Assembly (NCBI GenBank): GCA_043803405.1 | Contig: JAZDKB010000034.1 | Span: 1-31,744 of the forward strand | DNA: 31,744 nt | Direction: 5' to 3' | DNA from: Spirochaetota bacterium | Lineage (GTDB): Bacteria > Spirochaetota > UBA4802 > JAFGDQ01 | In this document: positions 18,385 through 27,244 of the stretch, piece by piece | How the letters are laid out: the number at the start of each line of letters is the position of its first letter | Position numbering within the stretch: position 1 is the stretch's first letter | The notes under the pieces: model-generated | The model's database searches: none | The model's input: the letters and a program-made list of their open reading frames with translations, nothing else | Told to the model about the DNA's origin: nothing | Position numbers and translations under genes: made by a program

Positions 18385-19380
18385 TCATCCGGCTGCGTTC
18401 AATCTGAAACAGCTCGCGTAATGCTCTTCAGAGATATACACTTCTTCAGGAGATTCACTAATGCATCTTTCGAAAGCCTCGGGGCACCTGTTCCGGAAGC
18501 GGCAGCCTTTCGGATATTCCGATATGGCAGGCACAATGCCGCTGATCGTCGCGAGTTTGCTTTTGCGTTCGGTGTCCAGTCTGGGTATTGACGCGAACAG
18601 GCCTTTTGTGTACGGGTGCGCGGGCTCGTAAAAAAGCTTTTGCACAGGGGCGCGCTCCACGATCTTGCCCGCATACATTACAAGCACGTCGTCGCATATC
18701 TGCGCTATTACGCCGAGATTATGCGTAATGAATATCATGGACATGCCGGATTCTTTCTGCAGCTCTTTGATGAGCTCAAGTATCTGCGCCTGTATTGTTA
18801 CATCGAGAGCTGTAGTAGGCTCGTCCGCGATCAGAATAGCGGGCTTAAGGCTCAGTGCCATCGCGATCATTACCCGCTGCCTCATCCCGCCCGATAGCTG
18901 ATGCGGGTATTCGTTTATCTTTTGTTCCGGGTCGGATATCCCGGCTTTCTTTAACAGATCAATGCTTTCTTTTAAAATATCGCTTTTGCTCATACCGGGA
19001 TTATGCAGCAAAAATGTTTCCGCCATCTGCTTGCCGATTGAATGAACGGGATTAAGCGCAGTCATCGGCTCCTGAAATATCATGGAGATATTGTTGCCGC
19101 GAATGCTGTGAAGCTCATCAGGCGACAGTTTAAGGATATCCTTATCTTTAAATAAAATCTCTCCTTTGAGATACTGTCCCGACGGCTTCGGCAACAGCCG
19201 CATTACGGAAAGCGCTGTTACGGTTTTTCCGCAGCCCGATTCGCCAACAATGCCAAGGGTAGCGTTCGGCCGCAGCTTAAAGCTAACGCCGTCAACCGCG
19301 CGCAAAAGACCTGCCTCGGTCCGGAATGCTGCGACAAGGTCTTTTACTTCAAGGATGGCTCCGGTTTGTGATTGTGACAA
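18385..19380 (-). CDS. oppD: Oligopeptide/dipeptide ABC transporter ATP-binding subunit (OppD/DppD type)
   Basis: [52 protein letters not shown] start with GGAG RBS. Confidence 0.92.
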   Translation of the reverse strand: MSQSQTGAILEVKDLVAAFRTEAGLLRAVDGVSFKLRPNATLGIVGESGCGKTVTALSVMRLLPKPSGQYLKGEILFKDKDILKLSPDELHSIRGNNISMIFQEPMTALNPVHSIGKQMAETFLLHNPGMSKSDILKESIDLLKKAGISDPEQKINEYPHQLSGGMRQRVMIAMALSLKPAILIADEPTTALDVTIQAQILELIKELQKESGMSMIFITHNLGVIAQICDDVLVMYAGKIVERAPVQKLFYEPAHPYTKGLFASIPRLDTERKSKLATISGIVPAISEYPKGCRFRNRCPEAFERCISESPEEVYISEEHYASCFRLNAAG

Positions 19381-19401
19381 AAGTGTCTCCGTCGATAATG
19401 A

Positions 19402-19722
19402 TTAAGCTGCTACCTGTATTCCTTCTCTATGAGCAATTTCGACAATTACACTGCTGTTGTTGGCTATCCATTCTTTTTCTCCGCAGGCTATCGGCTCAAT
19501 TCTGCTGTCTATTCGTGCAGCTGTTTTCCACAAAAGTCCAATATCTTCCAGTTTTTTTTGATTGTCAAAAGTCGGAGAGACAACGATCAGGTCTAAATCG
19601 CTCATGGAATTATTTGTATCCTTGGCAAAGGAACCGTAAATAACGGCAAACAATACCGGAATACCCTTACATCGCAATGACTCAATGTATTTCTGTATGA
19701 TTATAATTGTTGAATTATCCAT
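19402..19722 (-). CDS. Minimal nucleotidyltransferase (MNT) domain protein, putative antitoxin
   Basis: Exact GS-X10-DXD motif (GSFAKDTNNSMSDLD); 106 aa; overlaps the HEPN gene. Confidence 0.9.
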   Translation of the reverse strand: MDNSTIIIIQKYIESLRCKGIPVLFAVIYGSFAKDTNNSMSDLDLIVVSPTFDNQKKLEDIGLLWKTAARIDSRIEPIACGEKEWIANNSSVIVEIAHREGIQVAA

Positions 19723-20078
19723 AGACGTACTTCCTTTGCTTTGTTTAAATATGATTTTGCAGTTTGAATATCAGGAGACTGTATTCTTGAATCAGGGTAT
19801 CTCCCTTCGATATTGAAAGCATTCATTTCTGCAAGTATATCAAGTTGAGAATCATTTGGATTTATATCAGCGATTTCACAAAGCCTGACTAAGTTGTGTA
19901 TTCTCGGTGGAATATCGTTAGTTTTTTTACATATCAGCGCTTTAAGCAATTTCTCAAGGGATAAATGAATAAAGAAAAGTCCATGGCGGATTTTGTAATT
20001 ATCAATTAAATTACTCGCGACATCCCAATCTTCATCAGAACTTTGATGCCAGTATTGTATTTGTTTTTCTATATCCAT
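19701..20078 (-). CDS. HEPN domain protein (partner of the MNT)
   Basis: FFIHLSLEKLLKA, PPRIHNL..L, EGRYPD motifs of the stand-alone HEPN family. Confidence 0.9.
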   Translation of the reverse strand: MDIEKQIQYWHQSSDEDWDVASNLIDNYKIRHGLFFIHLSLEKLLKALICKKTNDIPPRIHNLVRLCEIADINPNDSQLDILAEMNAFNIEGRYPDSRIQSPDIQTAKSYLNKAKEVRLWIIQQL

Positions 20079-20092
20079 AATTTATTTTTTAT

Positions 20093-20629
20093 TTAATTAG
20101 TCTTATAAAAGTCTTCCGGTATGATGTCCATTAATATAATATTATGAACCTGAAGGTTTCGTATAAGCGCTTTTCTTCTTTCGCCTATCTTTTTAAAACC
20201 AATTTTTTCGTAACAGTTAATCCCTTTTTCATTGGCAGAATATACGCGAAGCATTATATTGAACAGGTTTAAATATTTGAATGCATAATTCAGAAGTAAA
20301 TGCAGCGCTTCCGATCCATAACCTCTGTTCCAGAAGTTTTTGTCTCCTATTATAATTCCGATTTCCGCTGTCTGGTTTATATGATCGATGTCGAGCAGCC
20401 CACAGCTTCCGATCAATTGATTAGTCAGCTTATCTATAATGCTGTAGTTATGCTCTTTACAGAGCGAAGAAAGTATTCCCTTCTCGCTTTCAATTGAAAG
20501 AGATTGAGGTGCCAGCTTGGTATATAAAGTCACCTCAAGATCATTGAGCCACACGGCAAATCTTTCCGCGTCGTTTATATCCATTGGGGAAAGATAACAT
20601 TTCTCACCGATTAATTTTTTAATATGCAT
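20093..20629 (-). CDS. RimJ/RimL-family GNAT N-acetyltransferase
   Basis: AEIGIIIGDKNFWNRGYGSEAL (acetyl-CoA binding), N..GINCYEKIGF. Confidence 0.92.
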   Translation of the reverse strand: MHIKKLIGEKCYLSPMDINDAERFAVWLNDLEVTLYTKLAPQSLSIESEKGILSSLCKEHNYSIIDKLTNQLIGSCGLLDIDHINQTAEIGIIIGDKNFWNRGYGSEALHLLLNYAFKYLNLFNIMLRVYSANEKGINCYEKIGFKKIGERRKALIRNLQVHNIILMDIIPEDFYKTN

Positions 20630-20699
20630 AGTACCTTTTTAATTATCTTTTTTGGATAATATTTTACATATTATAATAGTTCTGTTTTATCTGAAAATA

Positions 20700-22565
20700 T
20701 CATCTGCTTTTATACGTCGTATCAATTATCGTCACAGGCGTAAACGCTCTCCCGGATTTCATTGCCTTTAACGTATCTTCTTTTTCCTTCTCGTCTATCC
20801 AGAAAAGGCCGCCGTATTTGCTTTCCCACGGCTCATATTCCTCGAACAATGATGTAGATGTTTTTGTTCCAGGGATATTCGGGAAATGAATCCATCGCCA
20901 GTATAAATGCCTCACATAAGGAACCTGGTACAACGGTATCCATGCACACATATCATGTATCTTTTGCTGTATAATATGGCTTAACCTGATTTTTCCCGCA
21001 GTGCTTTTCGATTTGTCGTATGTATCAATGAGCCTGTCCATTTCCTTATCGTCAGTATTCGTTATATTGTTCGTCTGCGGTTTATGCGCGTTTGCGGAAT
21101 GGAACGACTGCCACGGATCCGGACGCAGGTTGGGGCTGCTGAATCCTGTAAACGCGATCTCGTGTTTCTTCTCCATTTCTTTTTTGTAAGCAGCGCTCGG
21201 GTCGAGCAATTCGAGTTTTAGCTCAATGCCGGCTTTCTTTGCTTCTTCCTTCAGAAAGATCATGCGCGATGTGTGTTCATCAACACCGTATGTGACTGTT
21301 ACAGAATATCTTTCCCCGTTCTTTGCCCATATACCGTCCGCTCCTCTTTTCCATCCGGATTTCTGCATGTAAAGTTCACTTTTTTTAATATCAAACTCTC
21401 TTGCCCTGATATTCCTGTTTGTCCATTCCCCGTAACCGGTATCGAAATTATGAAGACGCTTGTAATCGCCTCTTAGTATTTGCGCATTAAGTTTATCAAA
21501 ATTAATTGCATGGGCAAGCGCATAGCGCAGGTTAATATCCTTAAAGATCGGTTTATCCAGGTTCAGGTAAAGCCCTACAGTTGGCTGCTTTACATCATTA
21601 TAAAACCATATCCTGTGAACATAGCCTTTATTGTATATTTCCCCTTTCGCCTTTTCATGCCATATCGTCGGCAGAGTAGCACCAAAAGCGTCTAGCTGGG
21701 CTTTTTTAAAATATTCGTATTCCACATTCATATCTCTTACTACCGTATATTTTATCTTATCAACGTTGTAACGGTTCCTGTAGTATCTTAAATCCTTTGC
21801 CCACCAGTCTTTTTTCCTTTCAAAGATCAGGTGCTTGCCTTTGGAGTAATCGGTTAGGATATAAGGCCCGGTGTTCGGTTCAATTGCCCAGTTGTAATCT
21901 TTAACAAAGTCTTTAGTAAGTTTTTTGTAAAAATGTTTCGGCCTTGGCTGCATTTCCAGATGGAACCAGAGGTCCGGGTACGCTTCAGGTGAGGAGATGG
22001 AAATTGTTTTATCGTCGTATTTTATTATTTTATCAAAATGCCTTATAAAATTATCGTTGTGCCATGGGTCGCGGATATATTTTGAACGCATAAATTCAAG
22101 CGTGAATATAAAGTCATCCGCAGTAACAGGGACGCCGTCTGACCAGGCAGCGTTTTTATGTATTCTGAAATACATTGTTTTGCCGCTGTCGTCATAAGCC
22201 CAGTGGCTCGCTAAAACCGGAATGAGCCTGTGTGTGTTCGGATGAAGCCCAACAAGAAGCAGGTTGTTGTCGCCGAAAAGCGATCTGGTGCCCGAGTTCG
22301 CGTCCGGCCCTATAGTTCTGAATGTCAGCGGAAAGCTGCGTATCGCGAAATTCATTGTCCCGCCTTTCTTTGCATTCAGCGACGCGAACGTCGGATCGGT
22401 CTCATTGGTCGTCCACCTTATATTTTTCGGCAGCTCGTGAGCGCTGTAATCAAGCGGCGCTGCCTCTTTCAAATCAGCCTCGTTCTCTCCCTCATCAGTG
22501 CCGCCGCACATCAGGTTTGATATAAGGAACAGCGCAAATATTACCGGATATATTTTTTTTTTCAT
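20700..22565 (-). CDS. ABC transporter family-5 solute-binding lipoprotein, YejA-like
   Basis: Lipobox-like Cys; AKKGG, WSDGVPVTADD, GPY...ERKKDWWAKDL...RYNVDKI...RD..V..EYFK, a YejA-type pattern. Confidence 0.9.
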   Translation of the reverse strand: MKKKIYPVIFALFLISNLMCGGTDEGENEADLKEAAPLDYSAHELPKNIRWTTNETDPTFASLNAKKGGTMNFAIRSFPLTFRTIGPDANSGTRSLFGDNNLLLVGLHPNTHRLIPVLASHWAYDDSGKTMYFRIHKNAAWSDGVPVTADDFIFTLEFMRSKYIRDPWHNDNFIRHFDKIIKYDDKTISISSPEAYPDLWFHLEMQPRPKHFYKKLTKDFVKDYNWAIEPNTGPYILTDYSKGKHLIFERKKDWWAKDLRYYRNRYNVDKIKYTVVRDMNVEYEYFKKAQLDAFGATLPTIWHEKAKGEIYNKGYVHRIWFYNDVKQPTVGLYLNLDKPIFKDINLRYALAHAINFDKLNAQILRGDYKRLHNFDTGYGEWTNRNIRAREFDIKKSELYMQKSGWKRGADGIWAKNGERYSVTVTYGVDEHTSRMIFLKEEAKKAGIELKLELLDPSAAYKKEMEKKHEIAFTGFSSPNLRPDPWQSFHSANAHKPQTNNITNTDDKEMDRLIDTYDKSKSTAGKIRLSHIIQQKIHDMCAWIPLYQVPYVRHLYWRWIHFPNIPGTKTSTSLFEEYEPWESKYGGLFWIDEKEKEDTLKAMKSGRAFTPVTIIDTTYKSR

Positions 22566-22757
22566 CGTAATACTCCTTAAAAGTCCACTATTTATTTAGA
22601 TTAGATTATTATCAGGCAGAACATAAATGCTGTAGTCAAGCTCGATTTGGATTCTTCAGCGGTTCCGGATTCATTACCCAGCTTAGCATAATTTAAGGAA
22701 CTCTGATTATAAAGAGATATAAAACAGAAATAACTATATTAATTAAATTTCTCTTAA

Positions 22758-23132
22758 TTAAAATAATTTTAAATTTTGTAAAATTTCAGCAATTTTAATA
22801 AAATGTGTGTCATTAGTCATGATAGGAATATTTTTATTTATACATAGTGTAGCCAGTACTGCATCCTGAAATGGAATAGTAAGCCCTTGTGTTTTTAATT
22901 TATTCAAATTATTACCGACATCTTGCCAAATATCATCGTCTATGCTTAACCACTGAAGTTCTTTGATTGCTTCAGTAATATCAACCTTATCTTTTTCGGT
23001 TCTGGCTCCATGAATCAATTCGGATAAAATAATTCCGCAGGTAGCGATATCATCTTTATCTATTAGGTTTTCGAAATCCGACCTTTTGTTTTTTAAATAA
23101 TCGATTATTATATTCGTATCTGCAAGTATCAT
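22758..23132 (-). CDS. vapC: PIN-domain VapC-like toxin
   Basis: ILADTNIIID, SELIHG, PFQDAVLA, TNDTHF acidic PIN residues. Confidence 0.9.
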   Translation of the reverse strand: MILADTNIIIDYLKNKRSDFENLIDKDDIATCGIILSELIHGARTEKDKVDITEAIKELQWLSIDDDIWQDVGNNLNKLKTQGLTIPFQDAVLATLCINKNIPIMTNDTHFIKIAEILQNLKLF

Positions 23133-23344
23133 ATCAAACTTTTATTCCTTAAAGAAAGAATTGAATCTTCATCAAGATTTATCTTTCCCTTTAGATTCTT
23201 TAGTTTTTTATCCTTTTCTTTTATGTTCTTTTCAGGTAAATCTTCTATTAATATTATTTCCATTCTTTTACCGATAAATTTGGACAGCGCCGGGATTTTT
23301 ATAGTGTCTGATTCAATAGTAATATTAAATTTTAATGCTTCCAT
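23129..23344 (-). CDS. Putative VapB-like antitoxin
   Basis: 71 aa, directly upstream of the PIN gene with a 4-nt ATGA overlap; GAGGTG RBS. Confidence 0.75.
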   Translation of the reverse strand: MEALKFNITIESDTIKIPALSKFIGKRMEIILIEDLPEKNIKEKDKKLKNLKGKINLDEDSILSLRNKSLI

Positions 23345-23392
23345 TTAAACACCTCTAATCGAATTCTAGTTTAAAAGAGATCAATAAATATA

Positions 23393-23407
23393 ATATTTGT
23401 CAAATAT
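23393..23407. promoter_or_regulatory. Palindrome ATATTTG-T-CAAATAT containing a minus-strand TTGACA; candidate vapBC operator or promoter
   Basis: Perfect 7-bp arms about 50 nt upstream of the antitoxin start. AT-rich, so chance is possible. Confidence 0.3.
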
Positions 23408-23439
23408 ATTCGGTAAATTTTATATTAACATCAAATATT

Positions 23440-24492
23440 TTATTCATAAGTCGTATGCATCTTCGGATCGAACGCCTCTCTTATGGCCTCGCCTATAAAC
23501 GTAACCATTGTTAATACCAGTATCAGCGCTGTAATAATGGAAACGCCTATCCACCACGCGCTGGTGGTAAATTCGGACGCTTCGCTTAAAAGCTGCCCCC
23601 AGCTTGGCGTCGGTGCCGGCAGCCCGAATCCGAGATAGTCGAGCGCAGTAAGGGCAGTTATGCCGCCGGCGATTGAAAAAGGAATAAACGTCACTATTAT
23701 TGAAATCGTATTCGGTATTATATGCTTAAATATTATCCGCGTATTGCGTGCGCCCAAAGCTCTCGCAGCAAGCACATATTCTCTTTCTTTCTCCTTGTAA
23801 GTAGCAGTCCTCATATACCATGTCATGCCTATCCAGTCAAAGATTACCATTATAATTAAAAGAGAAAAGAAGCTCGGAATTATTATGGACGAAATTATTA
23901 TAATAGCATAAAGATACGGGATGTTGGTCCATATCTCTATTATGCGCTGAAAGAACAGATCGAATTTGCCGCCCAGAAAGCCCATAAGGCATCCGATAGA
24001 AATTCCTATCAGGTAATTTGAGCATAACAGAATCAAAGAGAAAAATATTGCTATTCTGAAACCGTATATAAGTCTTGCGGCAATGTCGCGTCCGGTTTTG
24101 TCCGTGCCCAGAAAATGCCGGTCTTCCATTGAAGGAGCAAACGGAGGAAAGCTGTTATCTTTTAGGTCATTCTCAAACGCGTTATATGGTACAGGAGGCA
24201 GTATCACATAGTTACTGTTCTCCGGCGTTCTGCCGAAGGTTCCGGCAAGCTCCCTGTAATTGGTTTCGTATTCGTAATCGAGTCCGAATACCTTTCCCGG
24301 TATAATATCGCCATAAGTCGGGAAATAATAACTACCGTTGTATTTAATGAGCAGCGCCCTGTTGCTCACTATCAGTTCTGCAAATATCGAAATTAAAATA
24401 AGAAGACAAAAAATAATGAAGGATATATATCCTCTTTTTATTCTTTTAAATCTGCGTATCTGCTTTATTGTTAAAGGATTTAGATTGAACAT
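23440..24492 (-). CDS. ABC transporter permease, YejE/OppC-like
   Basis: LNPLT...RRFKRIKRGYIS, HFLGTDKTGRDIAARLIYGFR, EAA-like EYVLAARALGA, PTPSWG. ATG at 24492 preferred over 24522. Confidence 0.92.
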   Translation of the reverse strand: MFNLNPLTIKQIRRFKRIKRGYISFIIFCLLILISIFAELIVSNRALLIKYNGSYYFPTYGDIIPGKVFGLDYEYETNYRELAGTFGRTPENSNYVILPPVPYNAFENDLKDNSFPPFAPSMEDRHFLGTDKTGRDIAARLIYGFRIAIFFSLILLCSNYLIGISIGCLMGFLGGKFDLFFQRIIEIWTNIPYLYAIIIISSIIIPSFFSLLIIMVIFDWIGMTWYMRTATYKEKEREYVLAARALGARNTRIIFKHIIPNTISIIVTFIPFSIAGGITALTALDYLGFGLPAPTPSWGQLLSEASEFTTSAWWIGVSIITALILVLTMVTFIGEAIREAFDPKMHTTYE

Positions 24493-24505
24493 GATATTAT
24501 TTATT

Positions 24506-25522
24506 TTACTTAAACTGAACACGCGGATCGACTATCGCCACGCATACATCAGATAATATATTTCCTATCATGAATAATAATGATGATATTACAAGTATTC
24601 CCATTACAACCGGATAGTCCCTTTCTATTACAGATTCAAGCCCAAGGAGTCCCATGCCGTCTATATTGAATATTTTTTCAACAAGGTATGATCCCATCAG
24701 GATCATTGAAATATTATTCCCGAAATTTGTCGCTAGCGGAATAAGGCTGTTCCTGAAAGCGTGTTTAAAAACTGCTTTTTTAAAAGGAAGGCCTTTTGCT
24801 ATCGCAGTCCTCATGAAGTCGGAAGCAAGGTGATCCATGAGAGAATTTTTCATTATGAATGTCATTACGGCAAAGCTGCCTGCCATATACGAAATTAACG
24901 GAAGAATAGCGTGATAGATGAGGTCGCCTATCTTGCCGGCAAAACTTAAACTGTTAAAGTCGTCTCCTGTAAATCCGCCAAGCGGAAAAATATCCAGCCA
25001 CGAAGAGAAAGTAATAAGAAGAATGATCGCGACAACATAGTTCGGGATCGCGTATCCTATGAACACTATTATGGAAGTCGTATTGTCTATTGCGGTTCTG
25101 TGCTTAATTGCTTTTAACACGCCGAGGGGAATGCAGACCGAATATCCCAGAATCAATGCAAAGATGCCGTAGAACAAAGAAACCGGCAGTTTGCTTTTTA
25201 TAATGTCCCATACCGGCTCGTAATAACGCGTCGAATTACCCAGGTCGAATTGAAGCACTTTTCCGAGCCATAAAAAATAGCTCACGAGAACGGGTTTGTC
25301 GAAGCCGTAATATCTTTTCAGTTCGTTAAGCTGATCTTCGGAAAGCGGCGCCTGACTTACTCTGTGCGATCCGGGCATGGAAGCAGCGGCCTGCTGAGCC
25401 TGCGCAAGCATCCTTTCAATAGGGCCGCCTGGTACAAAGCGCGTTATAGTGAATACCATTAAAGATATTCCGAGGAATGTAGGAATTATCAATAACAGCC
25501 TTCTGATAAAATATGATTTCAT
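24506..25522 (-). CDS. ABC transporter permease, YejB/OppB-like
   Basis: YFIRRLLLIIPTFLGI...VPGGPIE, YGFDKP, TAIAKGL, HAFRNS, RDYPVVMG, VDPRV. Confidence 0.93.
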   Translation of the reverse strand: MKSYFIRRLLLIIPTFLGISLMVFTITRFVPGGPIERMLAQAQQAAASMPGSHRVSQAPLSEDQLNELKRYYGFDKPVLVSYFLWLGKVLQFDLGNSTRYYEPVWDIIKSKLPVSLFYGIFALILGYSVCIPLGVLKAIKHRTAIDNTTSIIVFIGYAIPNYVVAIILLITFSSWLDIFPLGGFTGDDFNSLSFAGKIGDLIYHAILPLISYMAGSFAVMTFIMKNSLMDHLASDFMRTAIAKGLPFKKAVFKHAFRNSLIPLATNFGNNISMILMGSYLVEKIFNIDGMGLLGLESVIERDYPVVMGILVISSLLFMIGNILSDVCVAIVDPRVQFK

Positions 25523-25787
25523 TAAGTTGCAGTTTCCTGTAAAATAAAAACAATATTATACATTATTTTTTATTTATAAAAGGGACATAATGTCAAGAAA
25601 TATTTGGGAATAAGATATTTACCTGTTTTAAATCAAAAAAGGTGTATTATTTTTTCAGGATTCTTTTAAGAACAGAATAAAAAATATCTGGAAAAAATTC
25701 AGCCATTTATTATAATTGATATTGTTTATCCTGAAAAAATATTATATCTTGAATTGAGATAATTTTTTTAAAAGAATTGATCTGAAA

Positions 25788-27011
25788 ATGACAACAGAAA
25801 GACTTAAAATAGACCTGAGTTATCTTGGACCGGAAAGTATATTGATCTATCCGTTATATACTGAAAAAGGCGAAAAGATACTGGAAGCGAGAACTGCACT
25901 CTCAGTAGATATAATCAATAATATTATTCAGAGGCATGGTAAGGTAGTTTATTACTCCTTTGCCGATGAAATGGGGAACATACCGAACCACAGAATTTTC
26001 AGTGCATTGCATAAATCGCGCGAAATAATGGATGACATAATCCATACCGACAAAATCAGCAAAGCCAGGTACCGGGAGTCCGAAGAGCTCGTTGAGCTGA
26101 TGTTAAACGATCTTGTTTCATCTGAGACCGACACGATCAAGCTCCTTAAGGACTTGAATTCTTATGATGATTATACTTATAATCATTCCGTAAATGTACT
26201 GCTTCTTGCAGCAGTATTCGCCAACAAAATGAAAAAATACTCTATGGATGAGATGAAATCCCTGATGCTTGGCGCTTTCCTTCACGATATCGGTAAAATG
26301 AAGCTGGATAAACAGCTATTAAACAAGAAAGGAAAGCTTGATGTTTCCGAATTTCAAAAGATGAAAAGGCATCCTCAGCTTGGCTATGAAATAATAAAAG
26401 GCATTGCCGGATCGGATACGATAGTTCAGCAGTGTATTCTGTTCCATCATGAAAAATTTAATAATAAAGGATATTACGGGCTGCCTTATGAACATTTGCC
26501 TACATATCCTAAAATAATTGCCATTTGCGATGTTTTTGATGCTTTGACTTCCCGAAGGCCTTACAGGAGCGCAGCTTCCCCGGCAATTGCGCTAAAGACT
26601 TTGTTAAACTCTATCAATAATCATTTTGATTATGATCTGGTTGATAAATTTATAAATATGCTTGGGCCTTTTGTAAATAATACAAGACACTTTTACGGAA
26701 AGCACGAAATTTGCGAACTTAACACACAGGAACTTGCGCTTATAGTCGGACTGGGCGAAAAGGATATTTTAAAGCCTGACGTTTTTGTTTTCTGCAAATA
26801 TCAGAAAACAAAAAATAAAATAAACGTAAAATTTTACGAGAAGCCATTCAAGGTGAATCTGCAAAATGATGAACACAGGTTTATGATGAATGTTTTAAGC
26901 AATGAGTATCAGGTATATTCACTTAAGAACAGACTACTTGAAAAGACTCTTTTAAAAATGGAAGCGATGGGGCCTGTTACATTTAATTTTGAATCAAAAA
27001 CGATTAATTAG
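25788..27011 (+). CDS. HD-GYP-like cyclic-dinucleotide phosphodiesterase (GYY variant)
   Basis: DDYTYNHS, LHDIGK, HPQLG, HHEKFNNKGYY, DVFDALTSRRPYR. Confidence 0.9.
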   Translation: MTTERLKIDLSYLGPESILIYPLYTEKGEKILEARTALSVDIINNIIQRHGKVVYYSFADEMGNIPNHRIFSALHKSREIMDDIIHTDKISKARYRESEELVELMLNDLVSSETDTIKLLKDLNSYDDYTYNHSVNVLLLAAVFANKMKKYSMDEMKSLMLGAFLHDIGKMKLDKQLLNKKGKLDVSEFQKMKRHPQLGYEIIKGIAGSDTIVQQCILFHHEKFNNKGYYGLPYEHLPTYPKIIAICDVFDALTSRRPYRSAASPAIALKTLLNSINNHFDYDLVDKFINMLGPFVNNTRHFYGKHEICELNTQELALIVGLGEKDILKPDVFVFCKYQKTKNKINVKFYEKPFKVNLQNDEHRFMMNVLSNEYQVYSLKNRLLEKTLLKMEAMGPVTFNFESKTIN

Positions 27012-27136
27012 TTCTTAATTGAGTTGATATTTTATTTATTATAAAAAAATTCCTTGACAAGCAATTTATTTATAGTTTTTATATCATCAACAAATATAAT
27101 ACAAAGTAAAAAATAATAAATTAAGATAATTAAAAA

Positions 27137-27193
27137 ATGACCAACTTTCAAACCATGGCCTTCACCTTTAGTAACTTTAAATTTACAGGATGA
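27137..27193 (+). CDS. Phe-rich attenuator leader peptide MTNFQTMAFTFSNFKFTG
   Basis: 18 codons with 5 Phe, followed by mutually exclusive hairpins and a U-tailed terminator. Too short for the ORF track; no strong Shine-Dalgarno. Confidence 0.7.
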   Translation: MTNFQTMAFTFSNFKFTG

Positions 27194-27244
27194 AGACTGC
27201 TCATGGAATGAAGAGATTCTTAAGTCGAAAACAAACCGTGGGCA
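27153..27244 (+). promoter_or_regulatory. Attenuator protector (1:2) and antiterminator (2:3) helices
   Basis: 1:2 = CCATG..CTTCA.CCT..GTAA (27153-27174) with TTAC.AGG.TGAAG..CATGG (27183-27206). 2:3 = TGCTCATGG (27198-27206) with CCGTGGGCA (27236-27244), 9 bp including 2 G-U. Confidence 0.7.

Noticed and set aside
22630..22680. Fluoride-riboswitch-like words on the minus strand (GGTAATGA...AACCGCT...GCTTGACTAC)
   Set aside because: The strand needed to pair with GGTAA and the GCTRATGAC core are missing, and the downstream gene is not fluoride related.
19402..23344. Integron cassette array explaining the TA and GNAT inserts
   Set aside because: No integron integrase and no repeated attC-like sites were seen between the small genes.
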